Part shown: positions 13,196 to 26,154 of the stretch, piece after piece
Layout: each line of letters opens with the position of its first letter
Numbering within the stretch: position 1 is the stretch's first letter
Origin: Camelus dromedarius
Lineage: Eukaryota
Assembly: GCF_036321535.1 (NCBI RefSeq)
Contig: NC_087437.1
Coordinates: 119,042,001 to 119,106,000, forward strand
DNA length: 64,000 bases
Direction of reading: 5' to 3'
Program-made: the position numbers and the translations under genes
The notes under the pieces: generated by a model
Seen by the model: only the letters and a program-made list of their open reading frames with translations
Database searches by the model: none
Told to the model about the DNA's origin: nothing

Positions 13196-15404
13196 AAAGA
13201 AGTCGCCCATATTTCAACTTCTCCAAACACAGAGCAACTTCGGAGTCACACAGAGCCCATGCAAGGTCACCTCTCTACCTCGAAATGCCCACGTGAACAA
13301 ATGTCTCCTCAGTCCTCTGTGTCCTCTTCTCTCAATGGAGCCACTGACGCCCCGGGCTTGGGGTGATGGGGGCAGATGGGCTGAGATAACTAACGCACCT
13401 GTGGGACTGAGTCAATGCTGGACCCATAGGCCAGGCCAGGAAACACCAGTTTTTTTTAAAAACAAAACAAAACGAAACAAAAAAGCAGGTTCTTTCCTAG
13501 CTTTCCAAGTTACCAATTTGCAAGGTATGTTGTGTCCTCCAGGGCGAATTTAGCTGGAAACTCATTTGAGGGTGGGGCTGTGTGACCTAGCCAGCCAGCC
13601 CTTTTTTTACTCCATGGTTCCCCGGCCGCTTGACTTTTCCCACAAATTCTTGCGTGTTTAGAATTCTTCATCTGCAAAAGGATCGGAATGACCATCTTAC
13701 TTGCTTAACCAGGGGGCCGAGGGGAGAGGCTGAGGTTTCCATGCGTTGGTTGGTACGTGGCCTGAGCATGATGATGCTACAAGCGTGATGGTGGCTCTCT
13801 CCTTTTCCGCCTCTGTTGGAAGGGACAGGGACGGGTTCTCCGAACCACACAGATCGGCCTCTGACTCCCATCCTCTGACGCCCTGGGAACCCAGGAGCTG
13901 TCCTGTTAGGCGGTCTTAGCGGATTGCTTGCCTGTAATTGTTCTTGAACTTCAAGTATGTCACCCGACCTGCATTTCCTGCTGGAGGAGACACCTGTTCC
14001 ATGACATCAGTTCACTTATCTGTCAACAAAGCCACGCATACCTGCCCTCCACCGCCCTCTTTCCGGGCCACCTCCCCTTCCACCCTCCCCTGCCTCCAAG
14101 CCCGGCTGCCTTTGTTTGTGCTGGGAGCGTGGCGGCAAGCAGAGAACCATCAAAAATGAACACAGGCTGTGTGAAAAAAATCAGGCCAGCACATCCGTGA
14201 GGCTGAGTCAGCCCCAGAGGCCAAGATGAGAGGCCCTGAAGATTCAGAGATCTCATTGTCTTTGGGCTTGACATCTAAGCCTTCTGTCCCCGGGGAAGCC
14301 GTCTTCAGAGGCAGGAGAAGGATCTTCTGCAAGTCAGAGCACGCAGTCCTCCAGGTTTTCTGCTGCGGGGTATGTGAGCCAAGCCTGTGTCCGCAGCTTG
14401 AGGTCAAGCGCCCCCTCCCCCCAGCCCCCGCTGCCACGGGCCTTGCCCTGAGGACCACTGGCTGCATCCTGGGTTCTCTCAGGGGAGATGGTCTGTCTTC
14501 CTGCCTCCTCTCCAGAAGGTCAGTGATTCTAACGCCCCCTTCCTTATGTGCATCTTCAATTCACCCACTCTCTGCACAGCAGAAGGCCCCACGGCATACC
14601 ACCCCAAGGTCAATTTCTGGCAAAGTGATGTAGTAACCATGAGCTTGAGGGAGGCATTTCGGCTCCAAGAACCTCAGTGCCTTCCTCTGTAAAATGGGAC
14701 GATGCCTTCCCGTAGGTTATCACCGGGGTCACATGAGAGAGCGGAGCGGGGACACTTGTCAAGCTGGCAGAGCTGGGTGGCTGCAGGGGCTGGCTTCAGT
14801 TCCCTAAAGACATTGCAGCAAACAGGACCTGTCATTTCGCCGCCTTTGCTCAAGAAGGTGTGGCGACCCGTCTGGCAGGTCCCCAGGGAGCTGACCATGT
14901 TTGCCTTGGATGACAGAGCTGGTCTGCAGCCCTGCTGGCACCACACCCCATGTGCTGGTCTCCGGGAAGCACCTGGCCTTTTCCAGTGTGCTTCTGCTAT
15001 TTTATCCACCAAGCTGTGCTGGGCAGAGGCGGCACCGGACGGGGACGCAACCCCAAGCACCTGCACTGTAGGAAGAGCCCCCAGCATATCCGGGGCTGCC
15101 AGCTGGGGCTGACTCCACCCTGGGCCCTCACCTGTCTCAGCACCATCTCAATGTCTTTCATGTGCTAACTCATTCCCTTCTCATATCTCCCTCTGGGGTC
15201 TGAACTATCTCCACAAATATCTACTGCAAAGGGAAGAGAGCCAGCAGCAAACAAAGCGTCTCCACATCCCTGCCTGTGAGCCTTCCATCCTAGCTGGGGA
15301 GGCAGACCACACAGAAAGCAGGAGACGAGAGATGCAGAACATGCTGGAAGGGGCAAGGCCTGGCCGTGTGCAGCAGAGACTTGTCGGAGGTTAGACAACG
15401 AGCC

Positions 15405-15870
15405 TCAGGCATTGTTACCCCACTCTACAGATGAGGAGGCCGAGGGTCAGACGGACAGAGGGACTTGGTCAAGGTTACGTGACTTAGTCCTTGTCCTCTG
15501 ATGTCAGAGCCCCTCCCCTAAACAAAGCATCACAAGCTTTTCCCTAAAATGGCCTGGAGAGCAAGTGCACGGGGCTCCGCAGGCCACGTGCAGACTTTGT
15601 CACTTGTTCTTTTGCTTTTTTTTTTTTTTTCACAACTCTTAAAAAACGTGAAAACTATCCTGGCTCTTAGGCAGCACAAAAACAGGTGCAGGGCGTGGCT
15701 TCCTGACCGTGGCTCTAAGCCACTAGCATTTCCGCCTTTCCTAATCAAGTTAAAATTTCTCAAAAGCCCACGTGACCTGAGGTGGATGGGATCACTCCCA
15801 TTTTACAGATGAGGAAATTGAGGCTCAGGAAAGTGAAGTGATTTGGCTGTGATTATGGAGAGTCAGCATT
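15405..15870. mobile_element. MIR core fragments (two)
   Basis: ccactctacagatgaggaggccgagggtcaga...gacttggtcaaggttac (~15420-15480) and cccattttacagatgaggaaattgaggctcagg (~15797-15830). Confidence 0.65.
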
Positions 15871-15984
15871 CCCACCCCAGTCAGTCTGGGCTGGCAGGAC
15901 CCGGGCCCTTTTTCCATTCTTCCCGACGTGTCTTACTTTTGACACTGCATATTTAAACCCCTGCTACAGAATGCAACATTCACG

Positions 15985-16530
15985 AGTCCTCAGAAACTTA
16001 AGCATGGAATTACCGTGTGACCTAGCAACTCTGCTTTTGGGCATGTCCTCAGAAGAACTGAAAACAGGAACTCACACAGCACGCCTCGTGTTCACAGCAG
16101 CGTCACTCACACTAGCCAAAGGTGGAAGCCCCTCAGGTGCCCACAGGTGGATAAATGAAAAAGCAAAACTCGGTCCAGCCACGCAATGCAACGGCACTCA
16201 GCCATTCTGACACCTGCTACAACGTGGACAAGCCTTGAGGGCATGATGCTCAAAAGCTAGGCATAAGAGGACAAATGCTGTATGATTCCACTTACATGAG
16301 GTCCCTAGAGGAGCTGGATTCACACAAACCGAAAGTAGAATGCTGGGTTTCAGGGGCTGGGACAGAGGGATGCGAAGTGAAAGTTTAATGGGGCAGAATT
16401 TCAGGTTGGAAAGATAAAAAGGTTCTGGAAACGAACGGTGGTGGTGGTTGCACAACAATGTGAACAGACTTAAAGCCCCTGACACTTAAAAATGGTTAAA
16501 ATTGTACATTTTATGTTATATGTACTTTCC
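15985..16530 (+). mobile_element. L1MB-like 3' fragment
   Basis: Motifs gtatgattccacttacatgaggt, ggttctgga...ggtggtggttgcacaacaatgtgaa and cacttaaaaatggttaaaatt. Confidence 0.85.
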
Positions 16531-17894
16531 CAGAGTTAAACCAAGAAAGCAGTTACAGCAGGAATGATGCACCAAACAGTGACCCCCCACCCCTCCCACC
16601 CCCGCCGAGTGAATGTCCAGCCACGTGTCTCCAGGAGCAGAGAGCACGTGGGTGGGAGGTGACAGAGGTGGAGCTCAGCGGGGCTCCCTCCGGGCACAAC
16701 CCTAAGTGTGGGAGGGGGAGGAGGGCAGAGTAGGCCCGTGGTGTCACCTGGCTGCCCCCTCGCTGCCCAGCCCAGGCCCTCCAGTTCCAAGTTCTAAGCT
16801 TTCAGTCGACCTGACCCCACGGCCGAAGCCCCTTGTCCTGGGAGCTGTGGGCGGCCCACGTCCTGCCAACTGCCCGGCTCCCCGCAGGCCCCCCCAGAAA
16901 GCCCTGGTGGAGCCTGGCTGACAGTGTCAACCTGTTTGTCTTCACTGTCCCCGGGAAGCCCGTTGTCACAGTCCAGGGAGGAGCTGCCCGGCCCCGGAAT
17001 AGCCCCTGCGGGAGGTGAGTCACGCAGGTGAGCAAGTCAGCTCGCACGCTGACCCGGCCCGCACGCAGGGGCGCCCCGGGAGGCCGCCGCTTGTGGGACA
17101 ACTGCATTCAGTGAGTAACTGCAGTCACCGTGCACGGAGCTCCTATTATAGGCCGTGCACTCGGCCTAAGAATTCTGCTTGTGTGTTTCATTTAACTCCC
17201 ACCGTCACCCCGTGAGGAAACCCCACCACCCCCACTTTCCAGAATAGAAAGCTGAGCTTTCAAAAGGTCAGGTGGCTCGCCCAGCATCAGTCCTTCTGTC
17301 AGGAAGCCCCTCCCGGTCTCTAGCGCATCGGCTTGACCTCTGACCTTGGAGGGTGCGTGGACTTTGGAAGGAGACAAAAGCTGTTTGGAACCGAGGGAAG
17401 TGGGTGAACCTGCGAGATGGTCTCTCTGCGAGTTAAGACAAAGGTGGAGCTCTTTGGCAGTGAGCGCGGTGGGCGCCTGTGTAGGGCTCGAGCTGGTTCT
17501 GGAAGCAAAGCTCCGATGCAGAGCCTCCAGGCCTTCTCTGGAGAATGGCGGTGACAGCTGGCCCAGTGCGAACCCCCACCCCAAACAGCGACTCTGGAAG
17601 AACCCGTCTGCACTGGGTGACTTAAGTCAGGTGCTTGGCGGCCTGTTCCACCCCCGGGTGAGCCCCGCAGAGGTCACTGCCCCCAAGGAGAGAGCCATCC
17701 ACAGGAGGGCTAGGCCGCCGAGTGAGGGCTGGGTGGATGGTGCCGATGGGAAAGCAGATGGAAAGAACGTTTTCAAGAAGTCTGGTGACAAGGGAAGAGG
17801 GACAATGATAGGAGTGTAGCTTCCAGGGTCAGCATGTTGAAGAAGGGGTTTTTCAGGGTCCTGAGCAGCCATGACGGTGGAGCCAGCCACGAGG

Positions 17895-18362
17895 GTGTAG
17901 AATTGTGCCCCCTTAAAATATACGTCTGGCTCCTAACCCCCAGAACCCAGGACTGTGACGTTATTTGGAAGTGGGGTCTTTGCAGATGTCATCAAGTTAA
18001 GATGAGGTCATACTGGATTCGGATGGGCCCTCAGCCCAGCATGACTGGTGTTCTTATAGGGAAAAAGAAACTTGGACACAGACAGAGGGAGGGCCACGTG
18101 ATGAGACACAAGAGGAGGACAGCACGTGAAGACGGAGGCAGAGCCCGCAGTGAGCGGTCTACACACCAAGGAAGATCACCAGCGCCCAAAGCCGGGGGGC
18201 AGGCCTGGAAGGACCCTCCTCAGGAGCCACGCGGTGAAACCAGCCCTACAGACACCTTGATTTCTAACTTCTGGCCTCCAGCCCTGTGAAAACACACACT
18301 TCTTCTGTGTAAACCACCCAGTTTGTGTAATTTGTTACGACAGCCACAGGAGCCTAATACAC
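17895..18362 (+). mobile_element. MaLR LTR (MLT1B/C-like)
   Basis: ctaacccccagaacc...tgtgacgttatttggaa...gtctttgcagatgtcatcaagttaagatgaggtcatactgga...acaccttgatttctaacttctggcctccag...ctaataca. Confidence 0.88.
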
Positions 18363-19039
18363 AAGTTAGAGAGCTCAGCTCTGATTTCTCGGCATTGGAC
18401 ACAAAATCAGATGTGACTCTCTCAGATGTGACCTTGTCAGAGAGGCCTGCCACCCCTCCCCTCCACGCTCTCCCCTGGGGCAGCAGGGACCCGAGGAATC
18501 TCCCCGGGGGCCCGGCTGCAGAAGACTCCCCCACCCACACCCAAAGGAGGCTCGTTGGAGTGTCAGGACAGGACTGGAAACCGCGGTCTGGCTGGAGAAG
18601 CTCCCGAGCTCCCTTTGCTGCTTACACACCAGCATCTGGGTTCCACTGGGAAGGAAAACAAAAAGACTCTGACGAGGACAGCAGGGGAAGGAGAGGACTT
18701 AGGTGCACAGTTCCCATCTTCCCTGCCGTGTTGCCAGTTCGGCGTGTCGGAAGCCCTCCTTTGCTAATGGGCGGCTGGCTGCACAGCAGTAAATCCGCCT
18801 GCACTAACCCGTAAACCTGCCAGACGCAGGGGTGGCTCGGGGCTTGGTCACGGCTGCCTGTGCTCAGACTCCAGCCGGCTCGGCGGCCAGGGCCCCTGGA
18901 GGAGCCGCCGGAGACTCTCCGGTGACCGAGGGTGCCTGTCTTGAGGCGCACACCTCTGGGTTTGGGTTACTAAAACCAGCGCAGATGGAGTGTCTGGGTG
19001 TGCTTGTTCTGATTGTTTCCTGAGAGGAGAGTCTGTAAT

Positions 19040-20230
19040 TTTTATTAAGATTATTATTTCTTCCTTTTTAATTAATTTTATAACATTGTTTAAAAGGCAA
19101 ATAGTGTTGCAAGGCTCGCACCACACCCCTTCCCGCCTTCAATCCCCTTCCCCTTGAGTTAATTTCAAGTCTCTGTTTTTTTTTACCTTTACCTCCACAT
19201 TTTTAATGAACATGATTACTATATTGTTTCTTGTTTTCCAGTTTTAGCTCACGGACACCGCCACCCACCCCGCACACTCTCAGCTTCTCCCATCCTACCC
19301 ACCACCTTCACAGTTTTCTTATATCACAACCAAAACGTTTGGCCAATACAATGTTCAGGGTTGGCATTATTATGACTCCACAAATGTCACAACTAAGCCA
19401 CTTAGGGCATTAGGATTACGTTTTCTTTTCTTGTGCAACTTTGGTTTTTCCTGGAGTTAACTATTGTGTCATTTCTTCATATACTTAATTTTCTATATAC
19501 TAGTAACCATTTACTCCCCAGAGTTATCGAGCAATGCTGAAAAACTCCTCTCAGCAAAGTCACACGCATCAGGTAACCATTCTTTTTTTCATTTTGTCTT
19601 GATGTTTGCTTTTCCAGGGGAGCTGTCCTTTCTGGAGCTCTCTGCGCTCCTGTTTTTGTCTGGACTGCCTGACCCCTTGGCTTGTGGCACAGCTGCCCTC
19701 CTGAGAGCTCCCTTCAACTTTAGTGAGACTCTCTGCATTTTTCTGTGCTACATAGTGTGTCCTATGTCCCACAGGTTTCTCTTCCTGGGTTTACTTTCTT
19801 GTTCAGATGAAGCACACCCTCCAGTAGCTTTCTGAGAAAGGATGCATGTGAGGGACAATTTTTAAATCTTACAGATCTTATATATTTTCAAACACCTTTA
19901 TTCTACCTTTTGACTGATGGTTTGTATAAAGAATCCTAGATAAAAACTTTCTTCTTATGATTTTGAAGGCACTGCTCCATTATTTTCTGCTTTACAAGAT
20001 TACTCTTGAGAAATACTGATCTTCGAATTCATCCCACTGTTTTTCTTACACAAATATTTAGGATTTTTAAATCCCCTATGTTTTGGAATTTCAAGATGAT
20101 GTGCCTTTTTTTCATGTTTTGTTTGGCATCTTGATTCACTCGTTCAACCGGGAAGTCACGTCTTACAGTTCCAGTAAAATTTTTTTGTATTATTTGTTAG
20201 GTAACTTTCTCTTCTTCCTGCTCTTGCCCG
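19040..20230 (-). mobile_element. Ancient L1 fragments (L1ME-like)
   Basis: T-rich antisense L1-like text (agtagctttctgagaaaggatgcatg, ttttgaaggcactgctccattattttctg). Confidence 0.55.
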
Positions 20231-20519
20231 AGTCACCAAGTCCGAGGCTGTCTGGTGTAACTTCTCTGCAGTGTACACACCCTCACTTCTCTTCGGCGGG
20301 GGCAAGAGAGTGTCTGCCTCAGTGGGATGAGGGGGGAGACCCTAGGGTCTAAGGGTTTCTTCTGACTTCGTCCACCGTTTCACCGCTACCCTGTTCAACC
20401 AACCCCTCACTCCAGCCTTCAGAGATCTTTGGTGCCTCCAGTCCTTCAGCCGTTCTGGGGTTTTGAAATGTGAGTTGCTTGCGTAGGTTGGGGGTCATTT
20501 TGGCAAGAGATTTTGATTC

Positions 20520-20990
20520 ACTTTTCACTGGTCTGTGGTGCCAATACCTCACGTACAGCTTGCATTTGGCTGCACGTAACAGACCCCCGTTCAATGGCAC
20601 AACCAAACAGCACTTCAGTTTTCTCACCAAGAGTAAGCAACCCCAGGCTGGTACGGCAGCCCCACGGCGCTATCGCCATCCCAGCGTCCTCCTGTCCTTC
20701 TCTTCTGCCATCCTCACCATGCAGCTTTCATCTTCGTGGTTCCCTCATGGTCATGAGAGCATCGCTCCTCTCCAGCATCATGTCTACATTCCAAGGAGGG
20801 ATGAAAGAAAAGACGATGGAGAAGCAGTGGCTCCAAGGTCAGGAAGGAGACGCCCCAGGATCTCCAGCAGACTTCCACTTCCCCAGGGTCACATGGACCT
20901 CCCCAGGGACAGGGGCTCCGGGAAACAAGTTCATTGGGAGCATGACTGCTGCAGCCAAAACTGGGGTTCTGTCAGCCAAAAAGAAGGGTG
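20520..20990. mobile_element. Old MaLR LTR fragment (MLT1J/K-like)
   Basis: Degenerate motifs ttggctgcacgtaacaga...ttttctcac...ccccaggctggt...gctcctctccagcatcatgtctacattcca. Confidence 0.5.
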
Positions 20991-21459
20991 AAGGGACATT
21001 TTCATGGACACCTGCTGCTGCCCCCACTCCCCTTGTTCTTGTGAGCTGACTCCTTACGTTTGCCATGCCGGTGTTTTACAAGCTTTTCTAAAGGAGCTGA
21101 TAAATGTGTATATTCCATCTACCATGTTTAACGTGAAGTCACACAAGGAGCTCCCACAGGAGATCAAGGGCCACTCCCTGAGCTATCTTTTTTCCTTATG
21201 AATCAGGGTACTTCATTTTTGAGTTGAGCAGGGAGAGAAAACTGAGTCACTTTGGGTTTTCTTCTCCTCTGCACCCTGCAAGGGAGGGAGCCACGTGCGA
21301 GTTCTTGTCCCAGCCTTGCTGCTGCTGAGCACCTTCAGGCTCAGCGCACACCCTCTCTGGTGCACACTTTCCTCTTCATCTTTAACATGAAGAGATTGGG
21401 TCAGGAAAGCATTTCCCATGAAATAGCCCAGCAGGGGAAAAAAAAGTGTTCAAACAAGA

Positions 21460-22545
21460 TGAATGAATAGCAAAGAAGCTCAGAAGCCCTCGTAAAGACA
21501 TCTGGTCATTAATTATTAGAGGAATGCAAATTACCTCCGATAATTACTGGGCTACAACTACACATCCACTAGAAAGGCTGTAACAACAGTCAGCAAGAGA
21601 TGACACCCAACCCCGAGGGCTGATAAGCCTGCGGAACAAATGAAGTCTGCATGAACCACTGGTAAGAATGCATAGTGCCATTTGCAGCCACATAGATGGA
21701 CCTAGAGATGATCCTATAAGTGAAGCAAGTCAGACGGAGAAAGACAAACAGCTATGTTATCACTTAAATGTGGAATCTAAAAAAAAAAAAAAAAAAAAAA
21801 GACACAAATGAACTTATTTACAAAACAGAAACAGACTCACAGACATAGGAAACAAACTATGGTTACCAAAGGGGAGAGGGTGGGGGAGGGGTAAATTAGG
21901 AGTTTGGGATTAATATATACACACTACTATCTATCAGATAAACAATAAGGACTGACTGTGTGGCACTGGGAACTACATTCAATATCTTATAATAACCTAT
22001 TATGAAAAAAAAAATATATAACTGAATCACTTTGCCGTACACCAGAAATTAACACAACATTGTAAATCAACTATACTTCAGTTAAAAAAAAAAAGAATTC
22101 ATAATGGTACAGCCACTTTAGAAAACAGTTGGCAATTTTCTTACAAAGTTAAACATAAATTTACCAAATGACCCAGCAATTCTAACCCTAGGTATATACC
22201 CGCGAAATGAAAACTAGTGTTTACACTGAAACTTGTGTGCAAATGTTTCTGCCAGCTTTATTCACAATCGCCCCAAACTGTAGACAACCCAAAGGTCCAT
22301 CACCTGGTAGACGGATAAACAACCTATAGTCATTCAGCAGAGACTGAATCCATCCCTGGTTGCAGGCGCTGGGGTGGAAGGAGGAGACTGACTGCAAAGG
22401 GGTGGGGGGCTGGGGGGTGGACATGTTCCACTCTGGGTTCCCTTAGCGGTAACACAGTGTGTACATTTTTCAAAACTCGTAGAACTACTCCCTAAGAAGG
22501 AGTTTTGCTCTGTGTCAGTTGCACCCTAATAAACCTGACTTTTAG
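21460..22545 (+). mobile_element. Older L1 3' fragment hosting a nested younger L1
   Basis: Old L1 text (tggtacagccactttagaaaacagttggcaa, gacccagcaattctaaccctaggtatat) is continuous on both sides of the insert at 21678-22092. Confidence 0.8.
21678..22092 (+). mobile_element. Younger 5'-truncated L1 with polyA tail and TSD
   Basis: L1 3' end finishing aatcaactatacttcagttaaaaaaaa. Flanked by aagaatgcatagtg (21664-21677) and aagaattcataatg (22093-22106), 12/14 identical. Confidence 0.88.
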
Positions 22546-24029
22546 TTGAAGTCAGATACACCTGGGAAGGGCTGCAGCCACACCCCTGTTTATCACATTC
22601 CCTGAGCAGCTGAGCAGTCAAGGCCCTGAAAAGTCCTGCAGTGCATTCAACCAAGAGGATTCATCCTCCACGCCTTTTGCCAAATGACATCCTCAGCGAT
22701 GTCTAGCTAGACGATCTCAAGCCCCTTTCGCACAGACAGCCTGTGGTCCTAGGGAGCTTGGGCCGCGCCCTCCCTGGAGGCGACTCGTCCCGCTTGGTGT
22801 TCACGTCTCTTTGCGGAAGGCGGCCTCCTCTGCCGCTTCCACGACTGACTCAGGTCCCCTCCAGCCCAGGAAGTGAGAAAGGAGGGCAAGCCCCACATGG
22901 GTCCACACCCGCTGCAAAAGGGAAGGGATGCCAAGATCCCCCCTGGGGACGGTACGGCCCCACCCTCAGAGCCTGATGCCAGCCAGCAGACCACCCCACC
23001 CTCAGGAAGGTGAACACTGGTGGGCCACTTACTCGAGGGCTAAGACTGTGTCCACTTCACAAGACCCTTGAAGGATGTGTGGCGTGGTCCTCATGTGCGG
23101 TGAGGGGTGGCAAAGCCAGGGCTTCAGCCTGCTTCCTTCAGCCCCTCGCCCTGACCGTCAGGCCTCCTGGGGGTCAGAGCCCAGGACCAGACAGGACAGA
23201 AGCATCCTTCCCAAGGTTTGGGCCACCCGCCGTGTGGGATCAGAGCAGGGCAGGGTCCAAACCCCCTTGTTCACTTGCCAGTTCATCAGCCTCCAGGGGG
23301 CTCCCAAGCACAGCTAGGGAGGCGACCCAGCCCACGCAGGGGGCGCTCACGGAGAACTCAGGCTGCGAAGGAAGGTGTGAGCACATGCGGGCATCTCCCT
23401 TCCCCGCCTTCCTTGGATGGCTTCCAGGGGAGGCCCTGCCTCCCACCCAAAGCAGGGGCTGCCCCCGGGGCCTCCTGCTGGCCAGCCAGCTGCTAAAAAT
23501 TGCCCTAACCTGTAGCCAGAATCAATAAATACCATCATATTTTCCACTCCGGGCATCAGCACAGGCTGTGACTTCCACAGTCTCCCCCAGGCAGCCAGCC
23601 CCATGCAGAGGGAAGCTTTCAAAACCGGGTGGTAAGCCCTGGACCGCCCACCACAGCTCCGAATGGCTTCCGTGGGCAGGTGGGGCAGGACCACGGTTGC
23701 AACTAAGTCCTGGGAGAGGAGATAAGCTGATCCTTGTTTCCAAATGCCGTGACACTTACATTCATACAGTTTTTATTTCTGAGAAAACTAAATCAGGGAT
23801 GATATGGAGAAAACAGGTCTATGAATTTGGTCGGCACAGGGGTTCTTTATATTGCAAGACAAGCTTTTAGCCAGTAAACCTTTTGAGTTTCGAAAATACC
23901 CTGTTTCTCAAAGTCCTGAGTGACCCGCAACAACTTCGTAGACAGAACAGACAGAACGGACAGCCAGGCGTGACAGCTCCCTCATTCAAGGGGGTATTTG
24001 GCAGGCTTATGTCCCCACGCTTGCTGAGT

Positions 24030-24555
24030 TCACTCCCTGCGCTGTTTTCCAGGGCTGCCTCAGTACAGGGCCACAGACTGGGGCCTAAACAACAGAAACG
24101 TATTCTCTCACAGTTCTGGAGACCAGAACTCCAAAGTCAAGGGCCACGCTCTCTCTGAAGGCTCTAGAAAACAAACTATGGACCCAGGACCTCGGTGTGC
24201 TAAGCACGTGCTCTACTGCGGAGGGGCCTGCTTGCCTCCTCCAGCTTCTGGTGTTCGCCAGCATCCTTGGTGTCGTCGGCTTGGGGCCGCATCACCCAGC
24301 CACGTGGCCGCCTTCTCCCGGTGTCTCCACGTGGTCGTCCTCTGCATGGGTCTGTCTCTGCCCAAACTTCCCCTTTTTATAAGGACGCCAATCCTGTCAG
24401 GTCAGGGCCTCACATTAACGATCTCATTTTCGTTTGGTCACCTCTGTAGAGACCCCGTACCTCAGTAAGGCCACATTCTGAGGTACGGGGTGTGGTACAG
24501 AACCCTGACACATAAATGGGGGCACAATTGGGGGCACATAATCCAACCCCTAGCA
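24030..24555 (-). mobile_element. MaLR LTR (MLT1C-like), antisense
   Basis: aaacaacagaaacgtattctctcacagttctggagaccaga...ctctgaaggctctag...ccagcttctggtg...ccacattctgaggtac, resembling the reverse complement of the element at 17895-18362. Confidence 0.85.
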
Positions 24556-25157
24556 CAGCCCGTTTCCTGCTGGAGGAGCAGAGGGAGGAGAGGGAGGAGG
24601 GGGAAGTGGGAAGACGCTGCGGGGAGGAGGGGAGGCCCCGCCTGCTCCAGGCACGCTGGCCCCGTTTTTGTGGTTTGTAGCAATAAAATAGGCTGGGCAG
24701 ACAAAACAAAGACATTAAAATGCAAAGCCAGGGCACAAAATCCAGGCGGAGCCAAAGCTGAAGTGGTGAGACTGTTAAGACAGGGAAGGGCCGACACCTT
24801 TTTTATGGTTTGTCTGGAAAGCGATGGGGGTCCCACCTGCATCCAGTCTGGGTCAAGTTCCAGGTAGGACAGCAGGTCACTGACCCTGAAGTAGCACCTG
24901 GCTCCCTGGGCACAGGCCTGGGGAGACCCTGCAGGTGGAAAGCAGGTGACCTTCCCCAGGGACGGGCAGTGTCCATTCAAGGTTAGAGGTAGCGAGTCCC
25001 TGGCTCTGAGTGCGCCGTTTACCGTTTGTGATGGCACCGGTGGGTTCAGCTGTGCCCACGTTTTATGGTCCAAGAGGCTGCCGGTGACTCTGGAGAAAAC
25101 GTGTACTGGCAAGGCCCGGTGGGGCCCGGCTGTCCTTCCAGAACTTTCTATTTAAGA

Positions 25158-25294
25158 CTTTTATGTATTTATATTTATATATATTATGGGATGGGAGGTA
25201 ATTAGGTTTATTTATCTTTAACGGAGGTCCTGGGGATTGAACCCAGGACCTTGGTGTGCTAAGCACGTGCTCTACCGCGGAGCTCCACCCTTCC
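25158..25294 (-). mobile_element. tRNA-derived SINE (Vic-1-like)
   Basis: ggaggtaattaggtttatttat...ggaggtcctggggattgaacccaggacc...gctctaccgcggagctccaccc with an AT-rich tail. Confidence 0.88.
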
Positions 25295-26154
25295 TAATGT
25301 ATTTTCATCCTTCCTGAACTGATGTAACTCAGAAATCATGGCTATGCTTTGAATGATATTTGTTCAGGAGCTGCCTTGAGTTGGCGGAGGTCTCAGCCTG
25401 CTGGACACTTGGCCACGTTAGAAATGGGTGGCATCTGAGTGTCAAAGCCACATCGTCTACTCCCAAAACTGAGCTCTGTGGGGTCACGGCTGACCCAGCC
25501 TCGCAGACGATCCGCCACTCTGGTCAACTATCTCCTCCGTTTTCAGCAGTTCCAGGCTCCTCATTGGCATCCTGTGTCCTCCAGAAGGAGCCCGTGCAGG
25601 CTGGCCAGGAGCAGTGGCCCATGCCTGGTCCCCCGTGCAGGGCGTGGAGGAGGACTACGTGCAGGTGTTCAGTTAGGCAGGGGACCCAGGGAGCCTGAGC
25701 AGGGGGTCGAGGAGGGAACAGGAGACAGAAAGCCAATTCAAGACATGGGGGAGAGGGTCCTGGAAAGTGCGGTCCCCCAGGGCCTCTGAGAAGAAAGGGG
25801 GCCTCGGAGTTGTCAGGGGAGGCTGGACAGGGGGCAGCCCTGCCCATCCATCCCTGTTTCCCACCGTGCGGGGGTGACTCCCACGCCTCCCGGGGACTCC
25901 TGGACGCCAGGTGGGCTTCAAGAGGGGAAGCGGGGGCAGAAAGTGAGCGGGGGGCTGCACCGAAGGGAGGTGGGTCCCCCAGACCCAGCTGCACCTGGGA
26001 GCTGGGGCAGAGCACAGGAGGCACCGGGCGCACCCATCACCCACGACAGCTCTTCCCCGCACATGTACGCAACTCACCTTTCAAGTGGCCCGCAAAGCAG
26101 CAGCCCCCAACAACTGTGTGGAGAGGCGGCCTGGGGTCTGGGGTGCAGGGCGGG

